A stretch of DNA of 64,000 nucleotides from Camelus ferus (Eukaryota). Position 1 is the first letter of the stretch, and each line of letters opens with the position of its first letter. The notes beneath the pieces are model-generated. The model searched no databases. It had not been told where the DNA came from and saw only the letters and a program-made list of their open reading frames with translations. The translations under genes were made by a program, and so were the position numbers. Positions 22,901 to 36,564 of the stretch are shown here, one piece after another. The stretch spans positions 77,688,001 through 77,752,000 of the forward strand of contig NC_045697.1 of the NCBI RefSeq assembly GCF_009834535.1, in the 5' to 3' direction.

Positions 22901-24819
22901 TAAGTGTCCACAGTAAAGTCAGAAAATAATATGATTTTGAGGGATTTAGCGATAAGTATACTCTGGTGAGAAGATGAAGAAGAGTATGTTCAAGGAAAGA
23001 GGACAGTGTTAACCTAAAAATTTATTTTTTAAAAATAGTTATCTAATGGAAAAATACAAAAAAAGAAAGATAAATTTTATAGGAAAATGTGCATTCAGTA
23101 TGGGGTAAATAATAGGTAAATAAGATTCTTGTTTTCAAGGAATTTATAATCTAAAATGGGAGAGAGACAAGAGTCTTTAAAATACAAGTCAACAAATGAA
23201 ATGTGCTATGAAAACAACATAAATATGTACTTCTGAGAGCACAGAGTGGGGAGTAATTTCTCATCTGTGGAGGGAAAGTTTGAGAAAAAGGATTAAGAAG
23301 TAATTTTAGGAAGCACAGGTGGGGGAAAGGGGAATGAGACAGGGAAGGGAAGGAAGTGATACAACATGTGCAAAGAGGAATTAGGGCTCAGTTTTCACAG
23401 CCAACTCCCACACGGAGACCGTGAACCATGTAATACCTAGTTGTTCCATCTGGGGATCAAGGAGTTGTGGTACCAACACTGTTCATCATTGACTGAGGGT
23501 TGCTTCTGGAGGTGTCATAAGTACTTATGGCCTGTCCCTCAGGCGAGCCATATTTCTGTCGTCTGACAGTCACAGGTGTGAGGGCATGTAGATGGGGCAA
23601 CAACAGTATCTCCTACCATTTTGAAGGTTGAATAAGGATCCTGCAGGTAAAGACTATTTGTTGAATAAATGGAAGAGTGGGATAAATGGATGGATGGATG
23701 GGTGAGTGAGATGGATGGAAGAGAACACTCATATGGGATAACAAAATGAAATAGAATAAAAATGGGAAACAGTATTGTGGACTTTTGAGCTTATGCCCTT
23801 TTCTTATTTATACAGATCTTTATGTGTTGAGTATTAACTATTTTGGATCATATATACCACAAACATTTTTTCTAGTTATCATCATCTTAACTTTCACTAA
23901 GCTGATTTTAGAATTCATAGGTTATTTTAAAAGAAATACAAGAATTGCTATTCATAGAGGAAAAAAGAAATCCAAAAGCAATGGAGAAATAAACAGGGGA
24001 CTAATTTGTTTCGGGGGCTTCCATGAAAGATCCATTTCTATGAATATACTTGGCTTGGTAGTATACTTTTATCAATTCAGAATGTGTACAATGTTATGCA
24101 TATGATTCCAAAGGACTTCTGTACCTGGAAAATTGTAACCATGTAAAACGTATACTCTTCTGCATTTTTACCTCCCAGTGTATATAAAGCTTTTATTTAA
24201 TAAAATCCAATGCTCAGAGATCTTTCTCCAATTCCTTTCTGCCTACATACCATTTTTGCAATAAGAGTGGATATAAAATGTTGTACCTTTCCACATGATT
24301 TGAAAATATGATACTTGGCTTCACACCTGGTCTGTTGATAGTCTTGAATTCAGCAGAATTCCAAGCAGAAATTCTATACTATGAAAACATTGTTTTAGCA
24401 GGTAATACCAGTAAAACAGAAATAGATATCTTCTTATAGCTCACAGCTACTCATCTGGAAAATCTTTTTAATAGTGGTGATATAATATGACTAATTAAGC
24501 CTTTAATAATCTAAGCATTCTGGGTTTTCCATGAGCACCATTAACTAATAATTCTACCCAAGTTTCCAGTGACTTGGTTATTTGTATTTCTTTATGATCA
24601 TTTTGTCCTTTCACTAGGGGTTACCTTTTTGTCACTAAATATGAATTCATAAATCTATTTACTCTTTGGTAAAATAGGAGTAACATCCCTTCCAGAGATT
24701 TGATGAAAAAAAAAAAAAGACTAGAATTTCTGTTGCTAAATAGTTTTGAAAATCTGAGGGTGATTATAGTCTTTCTCCTATGCCTGTTTCACCATTGTAT
24801 GTTTGGGGTGGGAGTGGGT

Positions 24820-25600
24820 ACAGGTAACTGATCCCTTTAGTGCACAGGTCTTTGGATGGAGAGAAACTGGACTCCAGAAGCCATACTTAAGACACTAAAA
24901 CTGAAGTGTCTCTTCTGCACCTGGACCTGATATAAATGATGAGATTCTGGGCTTTGAGCTGACGCTGTAATGGGATGAGATTTTCAGAAGCCCTGGGAAG
25001 GAGTGAGTGTATGTTGCATGTAGGAGGGATATATACAATCTGTTAGAAGGCATTCTGAGGTGGTTTTTAGATATGTTCAAAGTCTTAGCTACTCTTCCCT
25101 TCAAGGAGTGACGCTTAATTTCCCTCACCTTGAATACGGTCTGGACTTAGTGCCTATCTCCTAATGACTATGGTAAAGTAGAAGTGGCAGTGTGTGGTTT
25201 TGGAGATGAGGTCATAAAGGCATTGAGGCTTCCTTTGTGTTGCCTCTCTCAGAGGGAAGTTAGCCACCAGGCCATGAGGACATTCGGTAGCCTGTGGAAA
25301 GGCCCACATAGCAAGGTCTATAACTGAAGTCAACAGCACGTGAGGAACTGAGGCCCCTTGCCATTCACCTTATGAATGAACCTGGGACCTTGGGATCAGG
25401 TCTTCCAGCCCCATTAAAGCCTTCAAATCACTGACTGCAGTCCCTGCCATTATCTTGACTGTAATCACATGAAATACTCTGAGTCACCGAGCTGAGCATC
25501 TTCAAATGCCTGACCACAGAAATTACAAGATAATTAATGTTTGTCATTTTACACCATTAAGGCTGGGGATCATTTACACAGTGATAGGCATCTAACACAA
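24820..25600 (+). mobile_element. MaLR internal 3' end plus MLT1F-like LTR
   Basis: gatgagattctgggctttgagctgacgctgtaatgggatgaga (MLT1-int-like) followed by an LTR from ~25041 to 25599 (ctggacttagtg...aggaactgaggcc...ctaacaca). Confidence 0.7.
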
Positions 25601-25614
25601 TGATACAAGGGTGA

Positions 25615-26080
25615 TGTATCAGTTAAATATGGTCACAGTAACACTGTGTAACTAACAATCACAGAAGTCTCAGTGATAGACAACAATAAGCATTCATTAT
25701 GGGTCAGCTGGGGTTCAGCTGATCTGGGCTGGGCTCAAGTAGATGGTTCTGTGAGTCTCAGCTAAGCTTGCTCATGCACCTGGGGCGAGCTGGTAGTCTT
25801 CCTCGTGTCTTTCTGACTTGAGACCAGCAAACTAGTCTGGGCACGTTCTTCAAGTTGTAACAGGGCAAGCCCAGTCATTCACATAACTTTCACATCTTTG
25901 GACATTTCCCATCCACTAATATCGCATAGGTCTAAGCTAGTTACGGGCTGACCTCAAAGTCCTCAGGGTGGGAGGAGAAATGTACTTTGCCTTAGGGATG
26001 AGAGAAACTGCAAAGTTCTGTGACAAAAGGTGTGTCTACGGGGAGGGTGAAAACTTAGGGCCATTAAGGCTACTGACCAC
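25615..26080 (-). mobile_element. Ancient MaLR LTR (MLT1-like)
   Basis: tgtatcagtta...aacaatcacagaagtctcagtg...catccactaatatcgcataggtctaagctagttac. Confidence 0.6.
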
Positions 26081-26615
26081 AATCGAGGTGAAAGGAGTAA
26101 GTTTTAGAGCAAGCACAAAATGGTTTGAAAGGACTAAGAGCCAGACAGGAAGACCAGGGCTGACGCTACTTCCACCAATAAAGAGGCCACAGTGGTGAAG
26201 GTGGTCACACTACAGAACAAGTGTTCAATCTTGCTGAAACAAATACTATCCTATACATTCATCTCACAGATGAGAAAGAAAAAAAAAAAAAAAAAAGACA
26301 CAAAGCCTCCAAAGACAGGCTAACACTTTTAGATGAAAATTATAAAGGTGATGCTTAGCTCAGATTTGTGCTGATGAATCCCTTCACAAAATCTCAGGGC
26401 CCTAGGAGCGTGTTAAAATGAGCTTGTATCATCATAAGAAAAGGGAATGAAAACAGATATCCATTTTAAGTTTCGTTTGACTTCACTGGATATGTCTTAA
26501 TTTTTTTTTTTAATGATTAAGTTTGGAGTTTCATGCTCAAGTATCTTTTTTAAAACCTAAACATCTGTTACATTTATGTTAGGAATATATTTATGTTACT
26601 TGGAATAATGTAGTA

Positions 26616-27006
26616 CAGGTTTCCCTTGCTATTCAAAAGTGGAGCGTTCCTATGAAACCTTTCGTAGGCAGAAGTGGCATAAAGCAGAGAAGCAATTACC
26701 TTAGGACACATGTTGCTAACGGATGTACAAAATCAACTGAGGAAAAGCACAGATGCTCTCAGTGGCTTGATGCTGAGTATACTTCCAGGGAAGGAGCTGG
26801 TAGGGCCATTCTCACTGCTTAGAGTGTGCACTGCTTCCAAAACAACTCCTGCAAGACCAAAGCTGAATGCTGTTTTGCTTTTTGCCTTTTTCCATAAAAG
26901 CGAACATTTTCGGATTTCTTTCAGTTAGCAGAAACAGGCACTAATGTAGGTCTTTTGTAAAAGTGAAATGGTATAAACTGAACTTTCATAAAGTGGAGGA
27001 TGCCTG
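26616..27006. mobile_element. Non-autonomous TcMar/Tigger-type DNA transposon
   Basis: TA duplication at 26614-26615 and 27007-27008; imperfect ~24-bp terminal inverted repeats CAGGTTTCCCTTGCTATTCAAAAG versus CAGGCATCCTCCACTTTATGAAAG (reverse complement of the right end). Confidence 0.85.
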
Positions 27007-28317
27007 TATTTCTCAAATATATACACATATGACTAAGGCTGTCCTTGGAATTTCAGATAAGAATGTATAGTTCACAAATTGAGCAGTTTAGGGAAGATTA
27101 TATATTTAAGTGTTCAAATTTAGCTTTTTTCCCTAACTGAAGTGAGACTTGAACAAATCTTTTTTGGACTGTGGCAGTCAGCTAGGTACTCAGTGCTTCA
27201 AGTAGAGCAAACAAAAAGCGTAGTGTAATTGAAGGAGAAAAAAAAAAAAAAGGAAAGGAAAGGAAATTAGTGAGCTTAACCACTTATCTCCATTTTCTTC
27301 TTTGCCCCTCAGTTTCCTCACCTGCAAATTGGAGGTTGTGTTCTTTCTACTGTTGGTTTTTATTGTTTTGCAAGATAAGTCTGCACAATGCATTTCCCAA
27401 GAGTCATTCACAGGCAGAACTCTCTCTCCTTTCCTTTCTCCTATGGATTCTGGAGCGCTATATTTTCAGATCTGGACTAGGTAATGTTTCTTAACCTTTA
27501 GATTTGTAAATTTGGACTAGATTATTTTCTCATTTCCTTCCAACAATAGACTATCATAATTAAACACAGCAGGACTGAGTTGGCTCACTTCAGTTGGGAA
27601 TCTTGAGGCTAGGCCTTATTAGGAGTTAACCCAAATCTTGTTAACGAGAACCTGTTTTCTCTTTCAATACTGAGAACTGTTTTAAAAAATTTATCCCTGC
27701 TTTACTTCTCATCTGTACTAAAATGAGATGAATAAATTTAAAGAGGTGGTCAGTTTTATGACAATGAGTCATCTCTATGAAGGGCTCTTTCGTCTATAGT
27801 GAAGATTTCATCCTCAAAATTTCAAAATGATCTGGGAAAAATACTGCAGGGTATTAGGCAAAAATTATCACTATTGTGTTTTGGTGTTGAAATTATGTGA
27901 CTTTTTTCCCCCACTGGATTCACAATAGTCTAGACTTTGATATCATTCTTTTTACTTAAAAAAATCATGCTTAAACAAATAGATGGAACAGAGACCAGGG
28001 GAGAAAAATCAATATTAGTACTGAAAATGTTTACTATGGTATTTTTTTAAATGTTAGGTTCAAATGTCCTTTCTAAAACCAATCCTGGCCTCTGACCCAC
28101 AGTTTTCTAATGTTATGAAACAGGCTTCCTCACAGTAGAACACTTTAAGTGAAAGAAATGGTCTTTGACAAAGGAATCGCTGGGGTTTAGCCTGAGAATT
28201 TTGAAAGGGCCTCTCTATTTCACATATGTTTAACAAAGGATATCTAGAATTTCTTGTTTCATGCAAGTATATCACTTCGTGTTTAACTTCTGTATTTAAA
28301 GATCACTTACCTTCCAA

Positions 28318-31300
28318 TTTTTTTTAATTGAAATACAGTTGACATACAATATTATGTTAGTTTCAGATGTACTACATAGTGATTTGATATTTGCATACAT
28401 TATGAAGTGATCACTATTACAAGTCTAGTAACCATCTGTCCCCATACAAAGTTATTTCAACATTATTGACCATGTTCCATATGCTGTATATTGTATCCCT
28501 GTGACTTATTTACTATATAACTGGAGGTTTGTACTTCTTGATCCCTTTTACCTACCTCACCCACTCCTCTCACCCTGCCTCCTTCTGGCAACAACCCATT
28601 TGTCCTCTGTATCTATGAATCTATTCTCATTTTGTTTTGCTTATTTTTTTGTTTTGATTTTAGATTCCATATATAAGTGAGATCATGATTTATTTCACTT
28701 AGCATAGTACCCTCTAGGTCCATCCATGTTGTTGCAAATGGCAAGACTTCATTCTTTTTATGACTGAGTAATGTAACATTGTATATGTATATATACTTCT
28801 TTTTTATCCATTCATCCACCATTGGGCACTTAGGTTGCTTCCATATCTTGGCTATTGGAAGTAATGCTGCTAAAAACATAAGGGTGTGTGTATTTTTTCT
28901 AATTACTGCTTTTGTTTTCTTTGGATAGGAGTAGAATTGCTGAATCACATGGTAGTTCTATTTTTAATTTTTGGAGGAATTGCCACACTGTTTTCCATGG
29001 TGGCTGCACCAACTTACATTCCCACCAACAGCATATGAGGGTTCTCTTTTCTCCATATCCTTGCCAAAATTTATTATTTGTTGCCTTTTTGATGATAGCC
29101 ATTCTGACAGGTGTGAGGTGTTGTCTCATTGTTGTTTTGGTTTGCATTTCCCTAATGATTACTGATGTTGAGTATCTTTTCACGTGCCGATTGGCCATCT
29201 GGATGTTTCCTTTGGAAAAATGTCTAGATCCTCTGCCCATTTTTTAGTTGAGTTGTTTGTTTTTTCACTGTTGAGTTGTATGAGCTCTTCGTATATTTTG
29301 GATATTAATCCTTTGTTGGCTATGTCACTTGCAAATATCTTCTCCCATTTAGTGGGTGGCCTCTTCATTTTGTTTGATAGTTTTCTTTGTTGAACGAAAG
29401 CTTTTTAGTTTGATGTAGTCTCATTTGTTAATTTTTGCTTTTGTTTCCCTTGCCTGAGGGGACATATCCCCCCCAAAATGACTAAGACTAGTGTCAAAGA
29501 GCGTACTTCCTACGTTTTCTTCTGGAAGTTTTACAGTTTCAAGTCTTATGATTAAGTCTTTAATCAGTTTTGAATTTATTTTTGTGCATGGTGTGATATA
29601 GTTCAGTTTTATTCTTTTGCATGTAGCTGTCCAGTTTTCCAAGGCCACTTATTGAAGAAACTGTTTTTCCTCATTGTATATTCTTGCCTCCTTTGTCATA
29701 GATTAATTGTCCATATAAGAGTGGGTTCATTTCAGCATTCTCCATTCTATTCCGTTTATCTTTGTGTCTGTTTTTATGCTGGTACCATACTTGTTTGACT
29801 ACTGTTGCACTGTGGTATATATAGTCTGAATTCAGGGCGTGTGATACCTCCAGTTCTGTTCTTCTCAAGATTATTTTGGCTTTTTGGAGTCTTTTGCATT
29901 TCCACAAAAATTTTAGAGTTACTTGTTCTAGTTTTATGAAAAATGCCACTGATATCTTGATAGGCACTGCATTGAATCTGTAGGTTGCTTTGGGTAGTAT
30001 GGCCATTTTAACAATATTGATTCTTCCAATCCAAGAATACAGTGTATCTTTCCATCGTTTGTGCTGTCTTCAGTTTTTTTTTTTTTTATCAATGCCTCAT
30101 AGCTTTCTGAGTACAGATATTTTACCTTCTTACTTAGATTTATCCCTAGGTATTTTATTCTTTTTGATGTGATTGTAAGTGGGATTGTTTCTTTCATTTC
30201 TCTTTCTGATAGTTTGTCGTTAGTGTTTAGAAATGCAACAGGTTTCTGTATATTAATTTTATATCCTGCAACTTTACTGATTCATTGATGAGTTCTGGTA
30301 GTTTTGTGTGTGTGGCATCTTTAGGATTTTCTATATAGAGTATCATGTCATCTGCAAGCAGTCACAGTTTTACGTCTTCTTTTCCAATTTGGATGAATTT
30401 TACTTCTTTTTCTCATCTAACTGCTGTGGCTAGGAATTCCAATACTTTGTTGAATAAAAGCAGCAAGAGTGGGTATCCTTGTCCTGTTGCTAATCTTATT
30501 GGAAATACTTTCATCTTTTTACCATTGAATATGATGTTAGCTGTGGGCTTGTCATAAATGGCCTTTATTATGTTGAGGTATGTTCCCTCTATACCCACTT
30601 TGTTGAGGGTGTTTTTCCATCATAAGTGGATATTGGATTTTGTCAGAAGCTCTTTCTGTATCTGTTGAGATAATCATGATTTTTATTCTTCAATTTGTTA
30701 ATGTGGTGTATCACGCTAACTGATTTGATGATATTGAATCATCCCTGCATCCCTGGGATAAATCCCACTTGGTCATCGTGTATGATCCTTATAATTTATT
30801 GTTGAATTTAGTCTGCTAATATTTTATTGAGGATTTTGGCATCTATGTTCATCAGTGATATTGACCTGTTGATTCCTTCTAGTGTATTTCTTATTTCAGT
30901 TATTGCATTCTTAATCTCTGTTTGGTTCTTTTTTATATTTTTCTAACTCTTGTTAAAAACTTCTACCTTCTCACTCTAGTCACCCAATTTCCTCTCAAGT
31001 CCTTTGAACATCTTTATGATCATTACCTTGAACTCCATCTGGTAGATTACTTGTCTCCAATTCATTTAGTTCTTTTTCTGGAGCTTTACCTTGTTCCTTT
31101 GTTTGGAACCTACTCTTGTCATCTCATTTTTCCTAATTTGCTGTTTTCATTTCCATGTGTTTGGTAGGCTGCGTATGTTTCCCGATCTTGGAGACGGGGC
31201 TCTTTGTAGGAGTCATCTCACGCATCACAGCAGTGCACTCCTCTCTGGTCAGCAGAGCTATGTGCTCTAGGGATGCCCCCTATTTGAGCTGTGTGGGTCC

Positions 31301-32123
31301 TTCTATTGTTGCAGGCTGACTACTGTGGGTGGTCTGGTAGGTGTGGGTGGTTGGGTAGGGGTGCCTAGTCCCTGATCCAGTTGGTTGCCAGGCCCTATTC
31401 TTTGCAAAAGCTGCTTGGCACTGGTGGGTGGGGCTAGGTCCTGGGTTTTCTTGTGGACAGGACCAGTCCCAGGGCAGCTGTGAGCTCAGGGGATTTTAAG
31501 GCAGAGGCCTGCTGGTGAATAGGGTTGTAGCCCCACCCAGTTAGCTTCTTAGCCTGAGGCCTCCCAGTACTGGTGCCACAGACGGGTGAGCAGGGCTGAG
31601 TCTCAGTGCCAATAAACTAGAGGGAGGATTCCAATATGGTGCTTCCTTGAACCAGTGTCCTAATGATAGAATAAGCTCCCCAGAATGATTGCCACCAATG
31701 TCTATGTTTCCAGGGTGGGCTCCAGTTGCCTCCTGACTCTTTGGGAAGGTCTGCAGGATCAGCTGGTGGGTCTGACCCAGGCTTCTTTCAAATTACTGCT
31801 TCTGCCCTGGACCCTGGAGCATGTGAGATTGATGTGTGCTCTTAAAGAGTGGAGTGTCCATTTCCCCTAGCCCTCTGGCTCTCCCAAAAGTAAGCCGGCC
31901 ATCAAAGCCAAACATTCTGGGAGTTCATCTTCCCAGTGCAGGACCCCACAGCTGGGGAACTCAATGTGGGGTTCAGATCCCCTGCTCCTTGGGGAGAAGC
32001 TCTGCAATTCTTATCCTCTCATTTGTGAGTTGCCCACCAGGGATTATGGGTCTTGACTGTACCATGTTTCTGTACTGTCTACTGTCTTGTGGTTCCTTCT
32101 TTATATCTTTGGTTGCAGAAGAT
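28318..32123 (-). mobile_element. L1 with 5'UTR, ORF1 N-terminus, large internal deletion, ORF2 RT/C-terminus and 3'UTR; inactive
   Basis: Poly-T at 28318; ORF-track fragments are L1 ORF2 peptides ([44 protein letters not shown]); decayed ORF1 from ~31127 to 30866; many stops and frameshifts. Confidence 0.95.
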
Positions 32124-33824
32124 TGAATTTTCTTAATTATAGTTTTGGGTTTTTTTTAACATCACTATTTTATTTTGGGATAGACTTATTTTGCTTGAGG
32201 TTTTAGATAAATTTCCTGGGCTAGCCATAACTATTCAGGCAGGTTTGGAGGTAATGTGGCACAGGTATAAGAGTCAGACCATCTAAGTTCTATTTTCTAA
32301 GTACTATGGCTTGGGGGTAGGATGGGGAGCCAAGGAAGCTGAAATCTAACCAGCTCTCCATTTACTAAGAAGTACACACCATGTAGATGTTTTTTCCTAA
32401 GTTGCACAAAAGTACCCCATGGGCTAGCATTGACGATGGCTGTATTGTTGAGGGGAAAGTGGAGGGTCAATGTGGTCCTTGATGGCGTCTGGCAACTAGT
32501 GGAACAGCCATCATCCTATCCGATCTTTAGATGACCATCCATGTAATTTGTTCCTCATTCCCATCTCCAAAGCCCTCCATTTCTATCACTCTCTCTGTGC
32601 TGCTTTTGGGGGACATGGAAATCACCCAGGCTGTGCTGGGCATGGGGAAGCCTATGTCACTGTCTCCTGTGCCATGTGCCTAGGGACAACATGCAACAAC
32701 TTCTCCTCGGAGGTTTTGCCATTTCCACAGGCTCTGCCTGAACAACCAGGCTGGGTTTCCTATAGACCATCAGCCTATATAGAGGTTTTGAATCCTTCCT
32801 AGAACTCAGCCCAAGAACTGGGGGGCAAGCTCCCTCTTTCTGGGATCCTTCTGATGCTGTTACCACTTCTCTGTTTCCACTGCAGTAAGATGGAGTCTGC
32901 TTTTAGCTTGAGGACTTCTTTCTCCTTTAGAGGTTGGAGACTGACAGAGAATGGAGTGAGGCTGAGATGTTTTGCTCTTGGTTACATATTTTCCCATGTA
33001 TGTTGTAGGTGTCATGGTTCCTTTTTGATTTCCAAATGGCCTAAGTTTTAAACAACCAAATCTAAAAATAAGCTTGTCTAAATCTTTTAATTTTCTGACA
33101 CAGCCTTTTCCCTAGTCAAGGAGATAGAACAATCTGGTTGTCTGAATGGTGGTGGTAGTTTGTATGTGGGGAGGAATCGGGGGCTGGAGAAGAAAATATT
33201 GGGGAATAGGGGTACAACAATGCTTTAATATTTTAAAATATCAAAGATTTTTCCTTGTGCTCTTTTGTTAGTCTTAACTAATGCCCTTATGTAGCATCTG
33301 TTTAATAAATTAAATCATTTGGCACATCCCTGAGAATAAATCCCAGGTGCAGTGAACTACAGTTGTGAAACTGTGCCTTGAGGGGAAGGTTACTCAAGGG
33401 CTAGAACAGGCCTTCTGTGCATGTAAGCTTTATTTGGCCAGGTTTTCCTAGAGTGGAGCTCTCTTTATTTTTGAGAAAGGGATTTAAAGTTACAGTGCAC
33501 ATATGGGTGATGACTTTTGGAATGCATTCTGTTTCATGAGACCCAAGTTGTGACGCACAGGGGTGAGGGTGTGGGGATTGCTTCCTATTGGAAGCATCCT
33601 GGTTATTTCTTTGCCTCTCTTTCTTCCAGTTGGTTTTCCACAAGGTTGGAGGGAAATGGAAACAATTCTGCTCTGAGATCATTGTCTTCCTCTTTTTGGC
33701 TGCCCCTTAATTCTTTCTTTGGAATCTATTGCTTCCAGAAATCTGGAGAATTAAAGAAAGTCTGGAAGTGTTTCTTACTGGAAAAAAGTTTGGCTGTGTG
33801 TGTGTCTCTTTTTATAAAATTCTT

Positions 33825-34030
33825 TTTTTTTCTTTTTTCTTGAGGTATAATCTAAGTGTGGTGAAATGCACAAATCTTAAGTGAACAGTTTGAGGAATTT
33901 TTTCCTATGTATATATCCACATGGAGTCACTACCTAGATCAAAACAGAAACATTTCCGTGACCGGCAGCTTCCTAGTGCCCCTTCCCAGTCAATACTTAC
34001 TCCCCCAGGAAACCACCACTTTGATTCCTG
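33825..34030 (-). mobile_element. Old L1 3' end fragment
   Basis: T-rich tail followed by tgaggtataa...aaatgcacaaatcttaagtgaacagttt...ttcctagtgccccttcccagtcaat. Confidence 0.7.
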
Positions 34031-35965
34031 TCAGCTCTTTGGTGGACTCTCAGGCATTCTATTCTGACAGCTGGTGAAGTAAGCTGGCCTGAGAAAGAAG
34101 GAGGGAGCCCCAGGGCATTGTGGGACAGCCCCAGCTCTCTTGTTCTGTCTCTCAGTACTCCTTTGCTGCTGCTTTTTGTTGGATGAGCTTTTCCCTCTGG
34201 ATTAGAAAAGTCTGAGATGCAGGTGCTTAGGGAATAAGGGTCAAAGTAGGTCACTTGGCTTGCTTTGGTTCCAGGCCTCAGGCTGCCATTGGCTGGGGAA
34301 ATAATATTTTTCAAATATTCCACCCTAATGCTTCAATAAGAATGCTTTTACTCTTTTTCATAGTCTTCATTCTTCCCCTCCACAACGCTGTCTCATCTCT
34401 GCTATAGCCTGTGGCTGGCAACATAATGTGGCTCTTTGTTGTAGTATACATTTGTAATATGCACTTTGCCTTAAGGAATGCTGTTGAAGTGGGTGGTTGC
34501 TGAGATTTAAATCTTGCATGTTGTTCTGGAGATTTCCATAAAGCTTTCTAAACTCGGCGGTAAAGAGCTGGTCCTGTAGACATTTGTAAGAATGGAACAC
34601 ATGAGACCACTGGGGGTGGAGTAATCCAGCTGTGCAGGTGCTGAAATTGGTGTTACCTCAATGTGACCCACTAAAGAAAAATACAGAAGTTGGTGCAAGT
34701 TGTTGAAGAAGGAATAAGACTCAACCTGAGGGCCCTGTTGAGTGAGAGAAGAAAAAGAATTTGGGAAAGGGAAACACTGATTTCCTATTCTGGACTTCAA
34801 GTTCTATGTGTAAAATTGAAGGAAAGATCTACTTGGGGGGAGCATTAATTTATTTCTGCGGCAAGTATGACTTGTTAATTGGAGTAGCTTCATCATCTTA
34901 AATTTATAGGGTGGTGGCCAAGTTCAGAGATTTCACGCATGAGACTTATGTTCTCATGTGATCTACATTGTATGACCCTTTTGGTGAACTTGGTTATAAA
35001 GTTTAGACCAGCTTAAACTGATCGTTCTAAGTAGCCAGCATGGGTTTTCTCTGTTGTGGTGTATGTTGGTTGGTTTCCCAGTGGTCTCTGTGTATATGGA
35101 AGGATATTTGGTTCAGCAGACTTAACTTTTTTCAGGTGCAGACTTTATTCTGGGGAAGGTCCAAATACCTGAATGAGGAGGGCTTTATTTTATGGCCTTC
35201 CTCCCATCTTAGAAGCTCTAAATCTCCCCAGGAAATTGGTACAATTATTTTTTTAAACATCCTCAATTTTTGTTGTTGTTTGTTTTTCTCCTGCAGGTAG
35301 AATGCTGGTGCTCATATGACTAGACATAGGGATATGCAGCGATGGGAAGGGCAGATTGTGGGTCACTGACTGGGGCATGTTTTCGATGGGAAGAATTGTA
35401 TGTTTACCCTCTGCTTTTGACCTATGTTTTTCCTTCACCCCAGGCCACTTCAGATGTTCTCATCCAGATTCTGAGTACTCTGAGGGGTTCTTTCTTGCTG
35501 AAATCTCTTCTCTTTTCCCTGCAAGACCCTGCTGTGTTCATCTTCTTTCCAGCCTCTAGAAATTTGTTGAGATCTCATATCTACTGACTCCTTCTTGTTC
35601 TCTTTTGCTGTCTGCAGTCTTGAACCAAAGACTGTCAGGCATAACTTGGGACGTCAGTTAGATACCCATAGACAGTTGTATACAGTGTGATTTTAAGATT
35701 GAATTAACAGCCCATTCTGGATTATTTCAGATGCTTATAGAGTAAGTAGAAATATTCACAAGGTATTGAAGGACAGGACTTCCTCTCATACCTAGGAGCA
35801 TCGACAATTCCCTGACAAAGGGATAAGCAAGATATTCTGATAGTCTCTCCTGCTAATTGACCGTTGAATTGCTATTGAGCTTGTTAGGTTAACAGGCTAA
35901 AAAACAAAATGCTGGTGAATGTTGGCTTGAGAGAAGATTACAATTCCTCCATAAATAATTCCATT

Positions 35966-36240
35966 TGTGGCAGAAACGTCTATCTGCCCAACTAAATCCA
36001 ATTTTCCTTTCTTAACATGAAAGTTCTTCCCCTCCCCCCCTTTTTTTTTCCGCTGGTTGTGGCAATGCTTTCAGATATTTATTTTTCCAGACTCCCTTAC
36101 GGGTAGAGGTGTCATCTGATACAGTTCTAGCAAATGAGATATAAGCAGAAGTGATGGGATTCTGGGAAAGCTCTTTAAAGGTGATCGATTTGGCTGACAA
36201 AAATCCCTCTTTGCCCTCTGCTCTTTCTCCTGTCTGAAGG
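35966..36240 (+). mobile_element. MLT1J-like LTR fragment
   Basis: tgtggcagaaac...agttctagcaaatgagatataagcagaagtgatggg. Confidence 0.55.
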
Positions 36241-36564
36241 GACTTTCAAGATTCTAGAAACTCAGTGTGTTCCAGAAGGGGCTCTGGAACCAGTTCCTTG
36301 TCCCTTTAACCCATGTGGAAGGCAGAATTTAGAGGAGAGCTCAAGTTGGTAGGTCTCCTTTGTCTGGGTAGGAGTGCTATTTAGTCCTTTTTCTGATTTT
36401 ACTTCCTATGCATATATAGGCATTTCCTACTTAATTCCACTAATTCATTTCTGAAAATCAGACTTTGGTACAAGAACATTAGCAGAAAATGGATTTCACA
36501 TTATTTTAAATTGTAAAAATTATATTGTCCTGCATGTTAATCCCAAACTCTGAGCCAATTTCTT

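Noticed and set aside
28613..30598. ORFs with reverse-transcriptase-related peptides as host CDS
   Set aside because: Fragmented L1 ORF2 with multiple stops and frameshifts.
35268..35746. Plus-strand exon defined by acceptors at ~35296/35443 and a donor at ~35741; also the isolated donor AAG|GTAAGT at ~5812
   Set aside because: Isolated splice-like signals are expected by chance in 64 kb; no ORF continuity or transcript evidence.
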